64,000 bases of DNA from an uncultured Clostridia bacterium (GCA_944393465.1 CALYAG010000003.1:40404-104403); one strand, 5' to 3'. Counted from the first letter of the stretch, positions 21,776 through 33,006 are shown. The notes: a model not told the origin generated them from the sequence alone. Numbers and translations are program-made.

Positions 21776-22756
21776 TTAATATCCGTACATTTGTGACATA
21801 TACCATGAATTTATATCAAATGGTTTTTGCGTTTCTGGCATACCATAATTTATTCCATAAGTTTCAACTCTTATACTTGTTATTACTGGTGGTTCTACTG
21901 GTCTATCTTGAGTAAGTTCACTGTTTGAATCTGTTTGCGCCTCTCTTGTTTCTACTTCGACATTTGCGATTTTATCTACTACATCCATTCCTTCAGTAAC
22001 TTTACCAAATGCTGCATATAAGCCATCCAAACTGCTAGTAGAATCTTCTGTTGTTATAAAGAATTGGCATGATGCTGAATTATACCCTTCTGTTGCTAAG
22101 CTTGCACTATAACTACTATAGTCACTTCTTGCCATTGATATAACTCCTCTTTCATGTTTTAGAGTATTATCATTATCTCCATTAGCAATGAATTCACCTT
22201 TTATTGTATATTCATCATCAGAGTCCTGTCCTAAATCTTTTAAAGTAGCGTTTCCTGAACCATCACCATTAGGATCTCCACCTTGTATCATGAAATCTGG
22301 TATTGTTCTATGGAATGTAAGTCCGTCATAAAAGCCATTATTAGCTAATGCTATAAAGTTTGCAACTGTATTTGGTGCATACTCTGGATATAGCTCTACC
22401 TTTATTGTTCCAAAGTTCTCTACTTCTATTGTTGCTAGTGGATTTTGAACATAAAAGTTTTGCTTTTTTATTATTGTATTTGTAACATATGCGATTAGTC
22501 CTAAAACTAAAATTATGGCTATAATTGTTGCTACAAATTTAATTTTTGCGTATTGCTTTTCTCCGCCTGAAGCTTTAGCTTTTTCTAGTTTTTTGTTTGC
22601 CTTTTCTAATTTTGCCTCTTTCTTTTCTGACTTTGAAATTTTAGCTTTTTCTTTATTTTCAGATTTTTTAGCATTTTCTTTTACTTTTGATTCTTCTTTT
22701 AACTCTTCATCCTTTTTTGTAGTATTCATGTTTTCTTTTTTTGTATCTTTACTCAT
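21776..22756 (-). CDS. Peptidyl-prolyl cis-trans isomerase, cyclophilin type, membrane-anchored with a Lys/Glu-rich N-terminal region
   Basis: 326 aa. A K/E-rich ~65-aa N-terminus, a TM helix, then a cyclophilin domain (FHRTIPDFMIQGGDP...). Confidence 0.85.
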   Translation of the reverse strand: MSKDTKKENMNTTKKDEELKEESKVKENAKKSENKEKAKISKSEKKEAKLEKANKKLEKAKASGGEKQYAKIKFVATIIAIILVLGLIAYVTNTIIKKQNFYVQNPLATIEVENFGTIKVELYPEYAPNTVANFIALANNGFYDGLTFHRTIPDFMIQGGDPNGDGSGNATLKDLGQDSDDEYTIKGEFIANGDNDNTLKHERGVISMARSDYSSYSASLATEGYNSASCQFFITTEDSTSSLDGLYAAFGKVTEGMDVVDKIANVEVETREAQTDSNSELTQDRPVEPPVITSIRVETYGINYGMPETQKPFDINSWYMSQMYGY

Positions 22757-22854
22757 AATATGTATCCTTCCTTGTATTTTACATCCGCTTTTAACAAAAT
22801 TATTCTATCACAGAATTTATGAATTATCAACGCTATTTTTATTATTTTTCAAAG

Positions 22855-23919
22855 CTATCCAATCAAATTATCAAACACAAACTGTTCCTGCATTCTCTTT
22901 AAAGACCTTTTAATTGTTCTAGCCCTAATTTCGCCGATTCCATCAACTGCATCAAGTTCTTCTATATTGGCCTGCAATAAATTTTGAAAAGATTTGAACT
23001 TTTTAACCAAATTTTCCACAATGTTGCTTGGCATTCTTGGTATTTTACTAAGTATTCTATAACCTCTTGTATATACGCTAACCTCATCATAGCTATCTTG
23101 AGCTGTAAATCCAAGTGCTTTTGCAATATTTGTTGAAATCATAAGTTCTTCGTGAGTCATATTTTGTATTTTTTCTAATGCTTTATCTGCATTTTTGCCT
23201 TTAACATAATCTTTAATTATAAGTCCAACTTCGTTATCAACACCATCTGTTAATTCTTCCAGTTGCATTTCCAATAATCTTCCATCTGTACCAAGTTCAT
23301 AAATAGCCCTTTCAACTTCATCAACAACTTGCATAAGCATTCCTGCTCTTTGCAATGTTTCTATAACAATTTGAAGTGTAACTATGTCATTGAACTCATA
23401 CTCGTTAAGCAAGTTAAGCCTATTGTCCAATACCTTTTTGTATTTTTCAACTGTTTGAAGTGCTTGATTTGCCTCTGATGCAACTCTTGATGTATCTTCT
23501 AGTACATAACGGTTGTTTCCTTGATAAATAGTTATTATTCCTCTTCTTTGAGAAATACTAATTACTATATTTCCTGTCTGCTTTGCTACACGCTCAGCTG
23601 TTCTATGTCTTGTGCCTGTTTCTTGAGTTGGTATAGATTGTGAAGGAACTAACTGGGTATTAGCAAATAATATTTTTTTCAAATCTGAACTTAGTATGAT
23701 TGCTCCATCCATTTTGGCTAGTTCATAAAGTCTTGCAGATGTGTAGTCTACATTAATATTAAAACCACCATCTACCAAATCCATTACTTCTTTATTTTCA
23801 CCAATTACTATTAAAGCACCAGTTTTTGCTTTTAATATATTTTCTAGACCTTCTCTAATAGGTGTTCCAGGTGCTATAAGTTTTAAAATGTTAATAAAAT
23901 CATTTTCTTTAATTGCCAT
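22855..23919 (-). CDS. disA: DNA integrity scanning protein DisA (diadenylate cyclase)
   Basis: 354 aa with an N-terminal DAC domain (...DGAIIL..., RHRTAER) and a C-terminal HhH. Canonical radA-disA pair. Confidence 0.9.
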   Translation of the reverse strand: MAIKENDFINILKLIAPGTPIREGLENILKAKTGALIVIGENKEVMDLVDGGFNINVDYTSARLYELAKMDGAIILSSDLKKILFANTQLVPSQSIPTQETGTRHRTAERVAKQTGNIVISISQRRGIITIYQGNNRYVLEDTSRVASEANQALQTVEKYKKVLDNRLNLLNEYEFNDIVTLQIVIETLQRAGMLMQVVDEVERAIYELGTDGRLLEMQLEELTDGVDNEVGLIIKDYVKGKNADKALEKIQNMTHEELMISTNIAKALGFTAQDSYDEVSVYTRGYRILSKIPRMPSNIVENLVKKFKSFQNLLQANIEELDAVDGIGEIRARTIKRSLKRMQEQFVFDNLIG

Positions 23920-23932
23920 TTTGCAAACCTTT

Positions 23933-25300
23933 CTATTTTATCTCAACTGCTCTTAAAGCATCATTTATATTTCTGACACCTATTATATCTAAATTATACT
24001 TATTTTTCAATAGTTTTCTGTTATTTTCTGGTATTATACACCTTTTAAATCCAAGTCTTTCGACCTCTTTTAATCTTTTATCTATTAAATTTACGCTTCT
24101 TATTTCTCCTGTTAGTCCAACTTCCCCTATTACTGCTATATCTTTTGGAATACTTATATTTTTAAAACTAGACGCTACAACTAATGCTATACCTAAATCT
24201 GCTGCTGGCTCATTTATTCTCATTCCGCTTACAACATTTAAATAAACATCTTGATTGCCAAGTGCTAAGTTTGCTCTTTTTTCTAGCACTGCTATTAGCA
24301 AAGCTAATTTGTTGAAATCTACACCATTTGCTGTTCTTTTAGGTATTCCATAAACGCTCATTGTAGTTAGTGCTTGTACTTCTACTAAAAGTGGTCTTGT
24401 ACCTTCTATTGTGCAAATTATAACTGAGCCAGAATATTTGTCGCTTCCTTCTGAAATAAGTATTGATGATGGATTTGTAACCTCCACCATTCCCTCATTT
24501 TGCATTTCAAACATACCTACTTCATTAGTAGAACCAAATCTATTTTTTACACTTCTAACAATTCTGTATGAAAAATATCTTTCACCTTCTATGTATAAAA
24601 CTGTATCAACCATATGTTCCAAAACTCTTGGTCCTGCTATATTTCCGTCTTTAGTTACGTGTCCAATTATAATTGTAGTTATTGCTTTTTGCTTGCATAC
24701 TCTCATTATTCTAGCTGTTATTTCTCTAACTTGACTTACAGTTCCCGGAGCTGAGGTTATTTCTGAAGAATACATTGTTTGAATAGAATCTATTACTACA
24801 AGTTTTGGATTCATAGAAGCAATCTCGCTATCTACCGCATCTATGTCAGTTTCGCCCAAAAACATAATGTTGTCACTACTTATGCCAAGTCTGTCTGCTC
24901 TTAGTTTAACCTGCTCAGCAGACTCTTCTCCTGAAACATACAAAACTTTTGAATCTGGTCCTAAATTTGCAATTTTATTGCATAATTGTAAAATTAAAGT
25001 AGATTTACCAATACCAGGCTCACCACCAACAAGTACAAGAGAGCCTTTTACTAAACCACCGCCTAATACTCTATCAAGTTCCTCATAGCCCGTATGAACT
25101 CTTATGGCTTCTTTTCCTTCTACATTTTTAAGTAAAGTTGGCTTTGCTGTTTGTTTTTGCTTTCCGTCTAGGCCAACTGACTTCTGTTCTTTTTCTTCAT
25201 AAAAAGTATTCCACTCATTACAGGCTGGACATTTGCCCAGCCATTTTGGTGATTCATATCCACATGAGCTACAAACAAAAATTGTCTTTGCTTTTGCCAT
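23933..25300 (-). CDS. radA: DNA repair protein RadA/Sms
   Basis: 455 aa with an N-terminal C4 zinc finger (CSSCGYESPKWLGKCPAC), RecA-like Walker A GEPGIGKST, the KNRFG motif and a Lon-like C-terminal domain. Confidence 0.95.
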   Translation of the reverse strand: MAKAKTIFVCSSCGYESPKWLGKCPACNEWNTFYEEKEQKSVGLDGKQKQTAKPTLLKNVEGKEAIRVHTGYEELDRVLGGGLVKGSLVLVGGEPGIGKSTLILQLCNKIANLGPDSKVLYVSGEESAEQVKLRADRLGISSDNIMFLGETDIDAVDSEIASMNPKLVVIDSIQTMYSSEITSAPGTVSQVREITARIMRVCKQKAITTIIIGHVTKDGNIAGPRVLEHMVDTVLYIEGERYFSYRIVRSVKNRFGSTNEVGMFEMQNEGMVEVTNPSSILISEGSDKYSGSVIICTIEGTRPLLVEVQALTTMSVYGIPKRTANGVDFNKLALLIAVLEKRANLALGNQDVYLNVVSGMRINEPAADLGIALVVASSFKNISIPKDIAVIGEVGLTGEIRSVNLIDKRLKEVERLGFKRCIIPENNRKLLKNKYNLDIIGVRNINDALRAVEIK

Positions 25301-25315
25301 TTTATATCCTTTCTT

Positions 25316-27298
25316 TTAGTATTCCTTATTTCCATTCATCAAAAATACAAGTAATTCTATAAATACCGCATGAGACCAAGCAAGGCCTATTACCCATTTT
25401 TCATTTAAGTCACTATTTGATTGCTCTGCTAAAAAGCCTTGTGGTGTAGCACTTTGTACTATAAAGTTTAAGCACTCATTTGCTTTTTTGTCATCTCCTG
25501 CTGCATGGAAATATAAGCCCATCCAGCCAGTTGCAATTATCCAAGGATTGTTGCCTCCAAGGTAACCATCTCCCTGATATCTTAAATATCCTCCTGAGTA
25601 TGTTCTTAATGTCATGTTTATTTGATCAACCGTATTTTGCACTACTTTTTCATTTAAATCAAATACTCTAAATGGGAATATAGCAGCTATAACACTTATG
25701 TCTACTAATCTATCTGTTGTGTTTCTTAGTAGTACATTCATTTTTTTATCTACTAAGTTGTCTAAAATGTATTTTTTAGTATCTCTTTTATATTCTTCTA
25801 ATTTCTTTTTGCATTTTAAAATGTCATCTTGTTTTAATCTATTTTTTTCAAACAAGCTATATACTTCATCATATGTTTTTATCATTGAATCAAATGCTGA
25901 GTATATTGCAGCTAATGAATACAAATGTATTCCTTCTGTGTTTTCCCACAAGTCATAACTTGGATGCTTGTATATTTCATCTCTTTCTTTATAGTTGTAG
26001 TCTTTTTCTAGTTCCATTCTAACTTTATCTTCGGTTTCTTCTTTTCCTAAAATATAGTCCATATATTTTTCAAGAAATTTGGTCCCCTTTTCTAGCATTT
26101 TTAAGTTGTCTTTTAAAAATTTGGTATCCTTTTTGCCTGTTTTTCTTTCCATTACTTGAAAATGTCTATATGCACCATAAACTACTGTTGCAGTTTCATC
26201 TATTTGATATCCCCAGCAAGGTGCAAGTCTTCCATCTGTATAAAATCTTTGTTCCCACATTCCATTTTTTTCTTGAGTTTTTCTTAAAAAGTTTTCATAC
26301 AATTTTTTAGACATATTTTCAAATCCTATAAAATCTAATGCTTTATATACTAAAACTGAATCTCTAGGCCAGCAATATGCATATCTTCCTGATTTATCTC
26401 TTTCTTCGTCAACTTCAACAGAAGCAGATATTCCGCCGGTTCTTTCGTTTATTAATAATGCCATAAGTAAAATTGTTCTTTTATATATTTGAATAATTTT
26501 ATTCATATAATCTGAGCCATCTGATTTTATCTTTAAGGTGTCGTGGTCTTCAACATATTTTTTCCAGTGCTTAATAACCTTATTAATTTCTTTATTTATG
26601 TCTATTCTTCTTACTTTTTCAATCTCATCTTGCACTTGAGTTATAGTATCATCACCTGAAGATATATATATATACATGCAAAACTCTCTTGTTTCACCTG
26701 GTTTAAGTACACCCAAATCATAGCTTATAGCCGAGTCCGAGCTCATGCCAATATAATCTTTATCATAAATATTTCCTGACTGAATATTATTGTCCACATT
26801 ATTTAACTGATGACTATACAATTTTTCTTTTGAAAATGTTGCACAGGTATAGTTGTGGCTATATTGAATTAATGCATTATTTGAAATCATGCCACCAGCA
26901 GTATTGTTGTATGATGAAAATACTTTTGAATGTACTAAAAGTTTTAAGTCTAAATCTATAGTATTATCATTTTTAAAAACATATTTTTTTAGCAAAATAT
27001 CTTGACTTATCATTGCACAATCTATTTGCTTTACTTTTAAGTTAAAGTAAGTGTTTTCTATATCTGTAACTAAAACATTAGTATCATCTTCATAGTATTG
27101 ATTGTACCTATTATTTACATCATTATGTAAATAAACGATATTAGAATCATTTATTTTTACCCCTATATGATAAAAATCTGAATACTGCATATAATCTGGA
27201 GAAGGATAGTATAGCCTAAGTAATTCTCCATACTTGCTAAATGTAGCAATTAAATCTTTGTTTCCAATAAACGCATCATTGTAATACTTTTTTTTCAT
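25316..27298 (-). CDS. Glycoside hydrolase family 15-like protein (glucoamylase/glucodextranase-type (alpha/alpha)6 barrel)
   Basis: 660 aa. The C-terminal catalytic region carries a CWPRDS motif (the GH15 W-x-R-D signature) and an N-terminal beta-sandwich. Secretion was not assessed. Confidence 0.65.
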   Translation of the reverse strand: MKKKYYNDAFIGNKDLIATFSKYGELLRLYYPSPDYMQYSDFYHIGVKINDSNIVYLHNDVNNRYNQYYEDDTNVLVTDIENTYFNLKVKQIDCAMISQDILLKKYVFKNDNTIDLDLKLLVHSKVFSSYNNTAGGMISNNALIQYSHNYTCATFSKEKLYSHQLNNVDNNIQSGNIYDKDYIGMSSDSAISYDLGVLKPGETREFCMYIYISSGDDTITQVQDEIEKVRRIDINKEINKVIKHWKKYVEDHDTLKIKSDGSDYMNKIIQIYKRTILLMALLINERTGGISASVEVDEERDKSGRYAYCWPRDSVLVYKALDFIGFENMSKKLYENFLRKTQEKNGMWEQRFYTDGRLAPCWGYQIDETATVVYGAYRHFQVMERKTGKKDTKFLKDNLKMLEKGTKFLEKYMDYILGKEETEDKVRMELEKDYNYKERDEIYKHPSYDLWENTEGIHLYSLAAIYSAFDSMIKTYDEVYSLFEKNRLKQDDILKCKKKLEEYKRDTKKYILDNLVDKKMNVLLRNTTDRLVDISVIAAIFPFRVFDLNEKVVQNTVDQINMTLRTYSGGYLRYQGDGYLGGNNPWIIATGWMGLYFHAAGDDKKANECLNFIVQSATPQGFLAEQSNSDLNEKWVIGLAWSHAVFIELLVFLMNGNKEY

Positions 27299-27391
27299 TT
27301 GATTAACTCCTTTTATTTATAATTTATAATCTTGCAATATACTCCTTGAACATTTCAAGTGAGCCAAGCTATTTAACAGCTTAAGCAACAA

Positions 27392-29047
27392 TTACTTACT
27401 CTGCATTATCTCAATTATTTGCTTTCTTAAATCATTTACTCTGTTATTCAATTTTACCATATCTTCATCATAATTAGAAGACAATCTAATATTTTCTTTC
27501 AAATTATGCTTCATTTCTTCTATTTCACTTTCCAAAGCATCCATCTTAGATAGTATGTCAATTCTTTGTTTTTGTTTATTTACTGGGTTTACGCAAAGTT
27601 GACATTTTTCTAAGTTTTTGTCCAATGTGTATTCTTCACCGTATTTTGGAATTGTAACACCTATATTTGTTGTTTCTTCTATTTTTTGCTTTAAAACTTC
27701 CTGTGAATGTGGTTCACCATGCACTAAAAATATGTGGTCCGGCATTTTGCTTGTAAATGAATAAACAAAATTAAGTAGCCATTCTTGGTCTGCATGTCCC
27801 GAATATCCCTCAATATATTCAACTCTAGCTTTAACAGCAAATTCTTCGCCAAGTATTTTTACCTTTTTTTCTCCGTCAACAATTCTTCTTCCAAGTGTTC
27901 CCGGTGCTTGATATCCCACAAAAAGTATTGTGCTTTTTGGATTCCATATATTGTGCTTCAAATGGTGTTTTATTCTACCTACATCACACATGCCACTTGC
28001 AGAAATGATTATGCAAGGCTCATTTGATTCATTTAATGCTTTTGATTCTTCCACCGTTTTTGTAAATGTTAAGCCTGGAAAATCTAGTGGATTATCTCCT
28101 CTTTTTATAACCTCTTGTATTTCTGGTTTAAATAGATCCATATTTGCCTTAAATACTTCTGTTGCAGATGTTGCAAGTGGACTATCCACATAAACTTTTG
28201 CTTTCATAAGTATTTCGTACTCTTTTGCAAAAGCCTCATCATTTTTTCTTAAATCTTTTATTTTATCTAGCTCAAATAAAATTTCTTGAGTTCTACCTAC
28301 TGCAAATGAAGGAATTACAACTGTTCCGCCATTATCCAAAGTTTCTGAAACAATATCCAAAAACATTGAAGCTTTTTGATCATTTTTTAAATGAAGTCTA
28401 TCTCCATAAGTTGATTCCATTATCAAATAGTCTGCACTTTCAATCATTGTAGGGCTTGAAAGTAAAGGTATATCATTGTTTCCAATATCTCCACTAAATA
28501 CAACCTTTTTAGTTTCTCCGTTTTCATTTACCCATATTTCAATTATGCTTGAACCAAGCATATGACCTGCATCATTAAATCTTACAGAAATATTATCATC
28601 TATTTTTACTATTTCATCATATTTAACAGGAACAAATAGCTCCATAGAATCTTCAGCATCTTCTACTGTGTAAAGTGGATCAACTGGCTTTTGACCATTT
28701 CTTTTTCTTTTTTTATTTTTAATTTCATTTTCAGATTCTTGTATATGTCCACTATCTGGAAGCATTATATAACATAAATCTCTTGTTGCCTTTGTAGTAT
28801 AAATTGGCTTTCTGTATCCTTCTTTATACAATTTGGGTATTCTTCCAGAGTGGTCTATGTGAGCATGTGTTAAAAGCATAAAATCTATTGAATTAATATC
28901 ATAGTCAAAAGGCTCATCATTTAAAATTTCTTCCTCATATTTTCCTTGATGTAATCCACAGTCTATCAAAAATCTTTTTCCTGCAGCTTCTACTAAAAAG
29001 TTTGAGCCCGTAACAGTCTCTGTTGCACCTAAAAACGTAACTTTCAT
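27392..29047 (-). CDS. MBL-fold metallo-hydrolase, beta-CASP family ribonuclease (COG1236/CPSF-like) with a C-terminal coiled-coil tail
   Basis: 551 aa with an HAHIDHSG (HxHxDH) motif, beta-CASP motifs (D...H...GHAD) and a ~90-aa helical C-terminal extension. It lies next to ftsK, as RNase-J-type genes often do, but the N-terminus is not RNase J-like. Confidence 0.7.
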   Translation of the reverse strand: MKVTFLGATETVTGSNFLVEAAGKRFLIDCGLHQGKYEEEILNDEPFDYDINSIDFMLLTHAHIDHSGRIPKLYKEGYRKPIYTTKATRDLCYIMLPDSGHIQESENEIKNKKRKRNGQKPVDPLYTVEDAEDSMELFVPVKYDEIVKIDDNISVRFNDAGHMLGSSIIEIWVNENGETKKVVFSGDIGNNDIPLLSSPTMIESADYLIMESTYGDRLHLKNDQKASMFLDIVSETLDNGGTVVIPSFAVGRTQEILFELDKIKDLRKNDEAFAKEYEILMKAKVYVDSPLATSATEVFKANMDLFKPEIQEVIKRGDNPLDFPGLTFTKTVEESKALNESNEPCIIISASGMCDVGRIKHHLKHNIWNPKSTILFVGYQAPGTLGRRIVDGEKKVKILGEEFAVKARVEYIEGYSGHADQEWLLNFVYSFTSKMPDHIFLVHGEPHSQEVLKQKIEETTNIGVTIPKYGEEYTLDKNLEKCQLCVNPVNKQKQRIDILSKMDALESEIEEMKHNLKENIRLSSNYDEDMVKLNNRVNDLRKQIIEIMQSK

Positions 29048-29056
29048 AAAATCCTC

Positions 29057-30550
29057 CTAGTCAAAAATCTTGACCTTTTTTGTTTTTCTTAAATGTATAT
29101 TGCTCCCTTTTGGAAGTTCTACCTCATTTGTACTATCTAAAATATCTCCATCATAAATTTCTGAAATTAGCTTACCATCTTTTACATTTAATTTAACAAG
29201 TAAGCCTTCAATTGAAATATTTCTCGTTTCAAATAAACTTTTTAATAACAAATAGTCTGTTTTAGCATTATTTGAAATTGGTGTTATTACATTTTTTTCA
29301 ATACATTTCTCAATTGTATTTTTCTCTAAATCAGTAAAATCTATCACATCTTTCATTAGCTTATCTTGGCTAACTGGCAAATATTTTAAGTATCTTATTT
29401 TATAAATGTAATCAATTAGTCTATCCTTTTCATTTAAATCACCTAAAATTTTACTAAAATCTTTAAAAAACACTTTTTGTAAATCTTCTATTTGTATTGT
29501 ATTTACTTCTTCTGCAAACTTTATTCTATTTTCTAATTCTTGCTTGATTTTTACAAATTCTATAGGATTTTGCAGTTTATTATATTCTTCTATTTTATTC
29601 AAAATATCTTGTCTTTGCTTTTGTATCATTTCTTCATAATGACTTACGCTAAATATTTTTTGCTCATTTGGTAAATTTTTGTTATGGTTAATGTATGCAT
29701 TTCTTAACTCTTTTGGGTCATTTAATTGTTCGTCAATTTCTTTTATTTTATTAAGTAAATCTTTTTTGATATTGCTTATATTTTCAACATATTCAGAACC
29801 TGCTTCCATTTTTTCAAGTTCATCTTTATCTTTTTTTGAGTTTTGTTCTACAATTCTCGCTTGATTTTCATCATATTCTAAATAAAATTTTGTTGCTATT
29901 TTTTGCATTTGTTCTAAAAGTTCTGCTTCTACAACAGTATTTAATTTTTCTATATTACTTGACTTTAAGTTATCCACATATTTTTCGCCCAATAAAAATG
30001 TTAAATCTGTATATAAAGCATTACATTCTAGGCTTTCTATTTCACTTACTATTTGTGACCAAGAAAATCCATTAAAATCTCTAATTACTTCTGAACTTGA
30101 AATGCATTTTCCTATTTGAATAGCTCCTAACATAGACTTATCTTTTAAGCTCAAATTGGTGTTTATTTTATCTAGTCCTGCCTTTATTATGCTGTATAAT
30201 ATAACCTTTTCATTTGGAAAAAATATAACTTTTTGCTCTTTATTGTATTTATTATCAGGCTCTTCTTCTACAACTTTACACCTAGATTTATTTAATTCTT
30301 TTTCTAATTCCGAATTTGGCTTTGCAATTTCTATTTCTTTGCAATAATTTTTTACAATTTCTATTATGTTTTCTAAAAATTTCTCTTTTGATGGTACTTC
30401 TCTTTTTACAGTTCTATAGTCATTATATGCTCCGTCGGCTTTATAAAGCATGCTAAGCAAAAGGTTTTGAGCTTCTTTGTCAAACCTTTTGCTTTCGCAT
30501 ATTTCTTCTAATTCTTCACTATAATCTTTTTGTAAAAGTCTAGACTTCAA
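29057..30550 (-). CDS. Hypothetical protein, largely alpha-helical/coiled-coil
   Basis: 497 aa, K/E/N-rich with long predicted helices and no recognisable catalytic motifs. Wedged between the beta-CASP RNase and ftsK. Confidence 0.5.
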   Translation of the reverse strand: MKSRLLQKDYSEELEEICESKRFDKEAQNLLLSMLYKADGAYNDYRTVKREVPSKEKFLENIIEIVKNYCKEIEIAKPNSELEKELNKSRCKVVEEEPDNKYNKEQKVIFFPNEKVILYSIIKAGLDKINTNLSLKDKSMLGAIQIGKCISSSEVIRDFNGFSWSQIVSEIESLECNALYTDLTFLLGEKYVDNLKSSNIEKLNTVVEAELLEQMQKIATKFYLEYDENQARIVEQNSKKDKDELEKMEAGSEYVENISNIKKDLLNKIKEIDEQLNDPKELRNAYINHNKNLPNEQKIFSVSHYEEMIQKQRQDILNKIEEYNKLQNPIEFVKIKQELENRIKFAEEVNTIQIEDLQKVFFKDFSKILGDLNEKDRLIDYIYKIRYLKYLPVSQDKLMKDVIDFTDLEKNTIEKCIEKNVITPISNNAKTDYLLLKSLFETRNISIEGLLVKLNVKDGKLISEIYDGDILDSTNEVELPKGSNIHLRKTKKVKIFD

Positions 30551-30576
30551 CTTGGTTCTCCTTTGTAAGTAAAATA

Positions 30577-33006
30577 TTATCCTTCTTGCTCAGATGCTTC
30601 TACTTCAAGTGTAGCACCATCATTTGAAACTTGGCTATCTGCCGGCGCCATTTTAAGTTCTTGCCATCTTTCTTTTGACATTAGCACTTCTCTTGGCTTA
30701 CTTCCTTGATAACCAGAAATAATGCCTCTTTGCTCCATTTGATCTATTATTCTGCCAGCTCTAGCATAACCAACTTTAAACCTTCTTTGTATAAATGATG
30801 TTGAAGCTTGTCCAGTTTCTACAACTAAATCTATTGCTTCATTTAGTAATGGATCTGTATCATCTTCTTCATCATCTTCTGCTACTGCTTTATCAGGTTC
30901 TCCACTCTTTTCAATTGATTCGATTATATCTGCATCGTATGTAGTTTCACCGTCTTTTTTCAAGAATTTTACTATGTTTTCTACTTCTTTATCAGAAATA
31001 AAAGCTCCTTGAATTCTTACAGGTTTTGGTGCTCCTGATGGATAGAAAAGCATATCTCCTTTTCCTAATAGTTTTTCAGCTCCTGCTCCATCTAATATAG
31101 TTCTTGAGTCAACTTGTGAAGCTACTGAAAATGCAATTCTTGATGGTATATTTGCTTTTATAATACCAGTAATTACATTTACTGAAGGTCTTTGTGTTGC
31201 AATTACTAAATGCATGCCTGCTGCTCTAGCCATTTGAGCCAATCTACAAATAGCATCTTCAACATCTTTTTGTGCAACCATCATTAAGTCAGCAAGCTCA
31301 TCTATAATTATAACTATTTGTGGTAATTTTGGATTACCTTCTTTTTCAGCTAAATTGTTATAGCCCTTCATATCTCTAACTTTTTTCTCAGCAAATAAGC
31401 TATACCTTTTAACCATTTCTTGAACAGCCCAAGCTAGCGCTCCTGCTGCTTTTTTAGGATCTGTTACAACCGGAATTAATAAGTGTGGTATTCCATTATA
31501 TACTGAAAGCTCAACAACTTTTGGGTCTATCATAAGAAGTTTTACTTCACTAGGCTTAGCTTTATATATTATGCTTGTAATTAAAGTATTTATACATACT
31601 GATTTACCAGAACCTGTTTGACCAGCTATAAGCATGTGTGGCATTTTTGCTATGTCTGTTACAACAATACTACCTGCAACATCTTTGCCAAGTGCAAATG
31701 CAAGCTTTGACTTACTATTTATAAATTCATCTGATTCTATAATGTCTCTTAATGGCACCATATTTTTTTCTTTATTTGGCACTTCTATTCCTACTGTATG
31801 CTTACCAGGTATAGGGGCTTCAATTCTTATAGTTTCAGCCTCTAATGCTAGTGCTATATCATCTGAAAGATTAGCTATTTTACTAACTCTAACTCCCTCT
31901 GCTGGAGCTAGCTCATACCTTGTAATAGCTGGTCCTACAGACACATTTTCAACTTTTGCAGACACGCCAAAGCTATGCAATGTTCTTCTTAACTTTTCAG
32001 CGGTTGCCAAAAGTCTCTTTTCGCTATTTTTATCTGATTTATTCTCACCTTCTTCAAGCAATGTAATAGGTGGAAATTCATAATGTTCATCATGAACAGT
32101 TATACCATGGTCAAGTTGTAAAACCTCTTTAGTTTTAGCCTCTTTTTCCTCTTCTTGGCTTGTAAATAAGTCATCACTTGAAGTTTGCTGTATTACCTGC
32201 CTTGGAGAATTAGCATTTTTCTTAGAAAAAATTGATGCATCCAAATTATCTTTTGAATGGTCATATTTTTTAGGCTCATTTAAATTTATAGTAATTTGTT
32301 CTTCTAAGTTTTCCTTTTCTCTAGCTTCTTTTTCTTGTTTTTCTCTTAATTTTCTTTCTTTTCTAGTTTCATGCCTTACAGGCTCTACATTTGCCACATT
32401 TTGTTTTTGTTCTTCCCTTGCTTGCTCTCTTTCTTTACTTCTTCTTGCTTGCTTTTCAGCAAATTTATCTATTGAATTAGAAATTGCATCTGCTGGATGA
32501 AGTCCAAATATAAATACTAGAGCAATTAAACCTACACCTATTGAAGCAATTACTGTTCCAAGTAATCCTATAAGGTTTATAAGAGGAGCTGCTATTGCAG
32601 TACCTAGCACCCCACCACCAATATCCATTGTTCCTAAAGTATATGCTTGTTTTAAAATTGAATCCATTGATTTAGAAATATCTATATTACCTTTAGATAC
32701 TTGAAAACAGCTAAAAACAACATCAATTAAAACAAGAATACATACAAACATAAAAATTTTAGGCAAATAATATTTTGTATCTTTATCATATGCTATGTAT
32801 AAAGAAAACGCAAAAAGAGCTATTGGTACTAAATATTTAATGTAGCCTAAAACTCCTCCTAGCGCTGGGCTAAGGGTCTGTCCTAAATAACCTGATTTTG
32901 TATATATTAATACAGCAAGCAAAATACTAAGTACTATAAGTATTGCAACTGTAATGTTTAGCTTTTTTTGCTCTTGCTTTTTTTTGCTTTTTCTACCTCT
33001 TGGCAT
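30577..33006 (-). CDS. ftsK: DNA translocase FtsK/SpoIIIE
   Basis: 809 aa with N-terminal TM helices, a K/E-rich linker, an ATPase motor (Walker A GQTGSGKS, Walker B IIIDELAD) and a C-terminal gamma winged-helix domain. Confidence 0.9.
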   Translation of the reverse strand: MPRGRKSKKKQEQKKLNITVAILIVLSILLAVLIYTKSGYLGQTLSPALGGVLGYIKYLVPIALFAFSLYIAYDKDTKYYLPKIFMFVCILVLIDVVFSCFQVSKGNIDISKSMDSILKQAYTLGTMDIGGGVLGTAIAAPLINLIGLLGTVIASIGVGLIALVFIFGLHPADAISNSIDKFAEKQARRSKEREQAREEQKQNVANVEPVRHETRKERKLREKQEKEAREKENLEEQITINLNEPKKYDHSKDNLDASIFSKKNANSPRQVIQQTSSDDLFTSQEEEKEAKTKEVLQLDHGITVHDEHYEFPPITLLEEGENKSDKNSEKRLLATAEKLRRTLHSFGVSAKVENVSVGPAITRYELAPAEGVRVSKIANLSDDIALALEAETIRIEAPIPGKHTVGIEVPNKEKNMVPLRDIIESDEFINSKSKLAFALGKDVAGSIVVTDIAKMPHMLIAGQTGSGKSVCINTLITSIIYKAKPSEVKLLMIDPKVVELSVYNGIPHLLIPVVTDPKKAAGALAWAVQEMVKRYSLFAEKKVRDMKGYNNLAEKEGNPKLPQIVIIIDELADLMMVAQKDVEDAICRLAQMARAAGMHLVIATQRPSVNVITGIIKANIPSRIAFSVASQVDSRTILDGAGAEKLLGKGDMLFYPSGAPKPVRIQGAFISDKEVENIVKFLKKDGETTYDADIIESIEKSGEPDKAVAEDDEEDDTDPLLNEAIDLVVETGQASTSFIQRRFKVGYARAGRIIDQMEQRGIISGYQGSKPREVLMSKERWQELKMAPADSQVSNDGATLEVEASEQEG

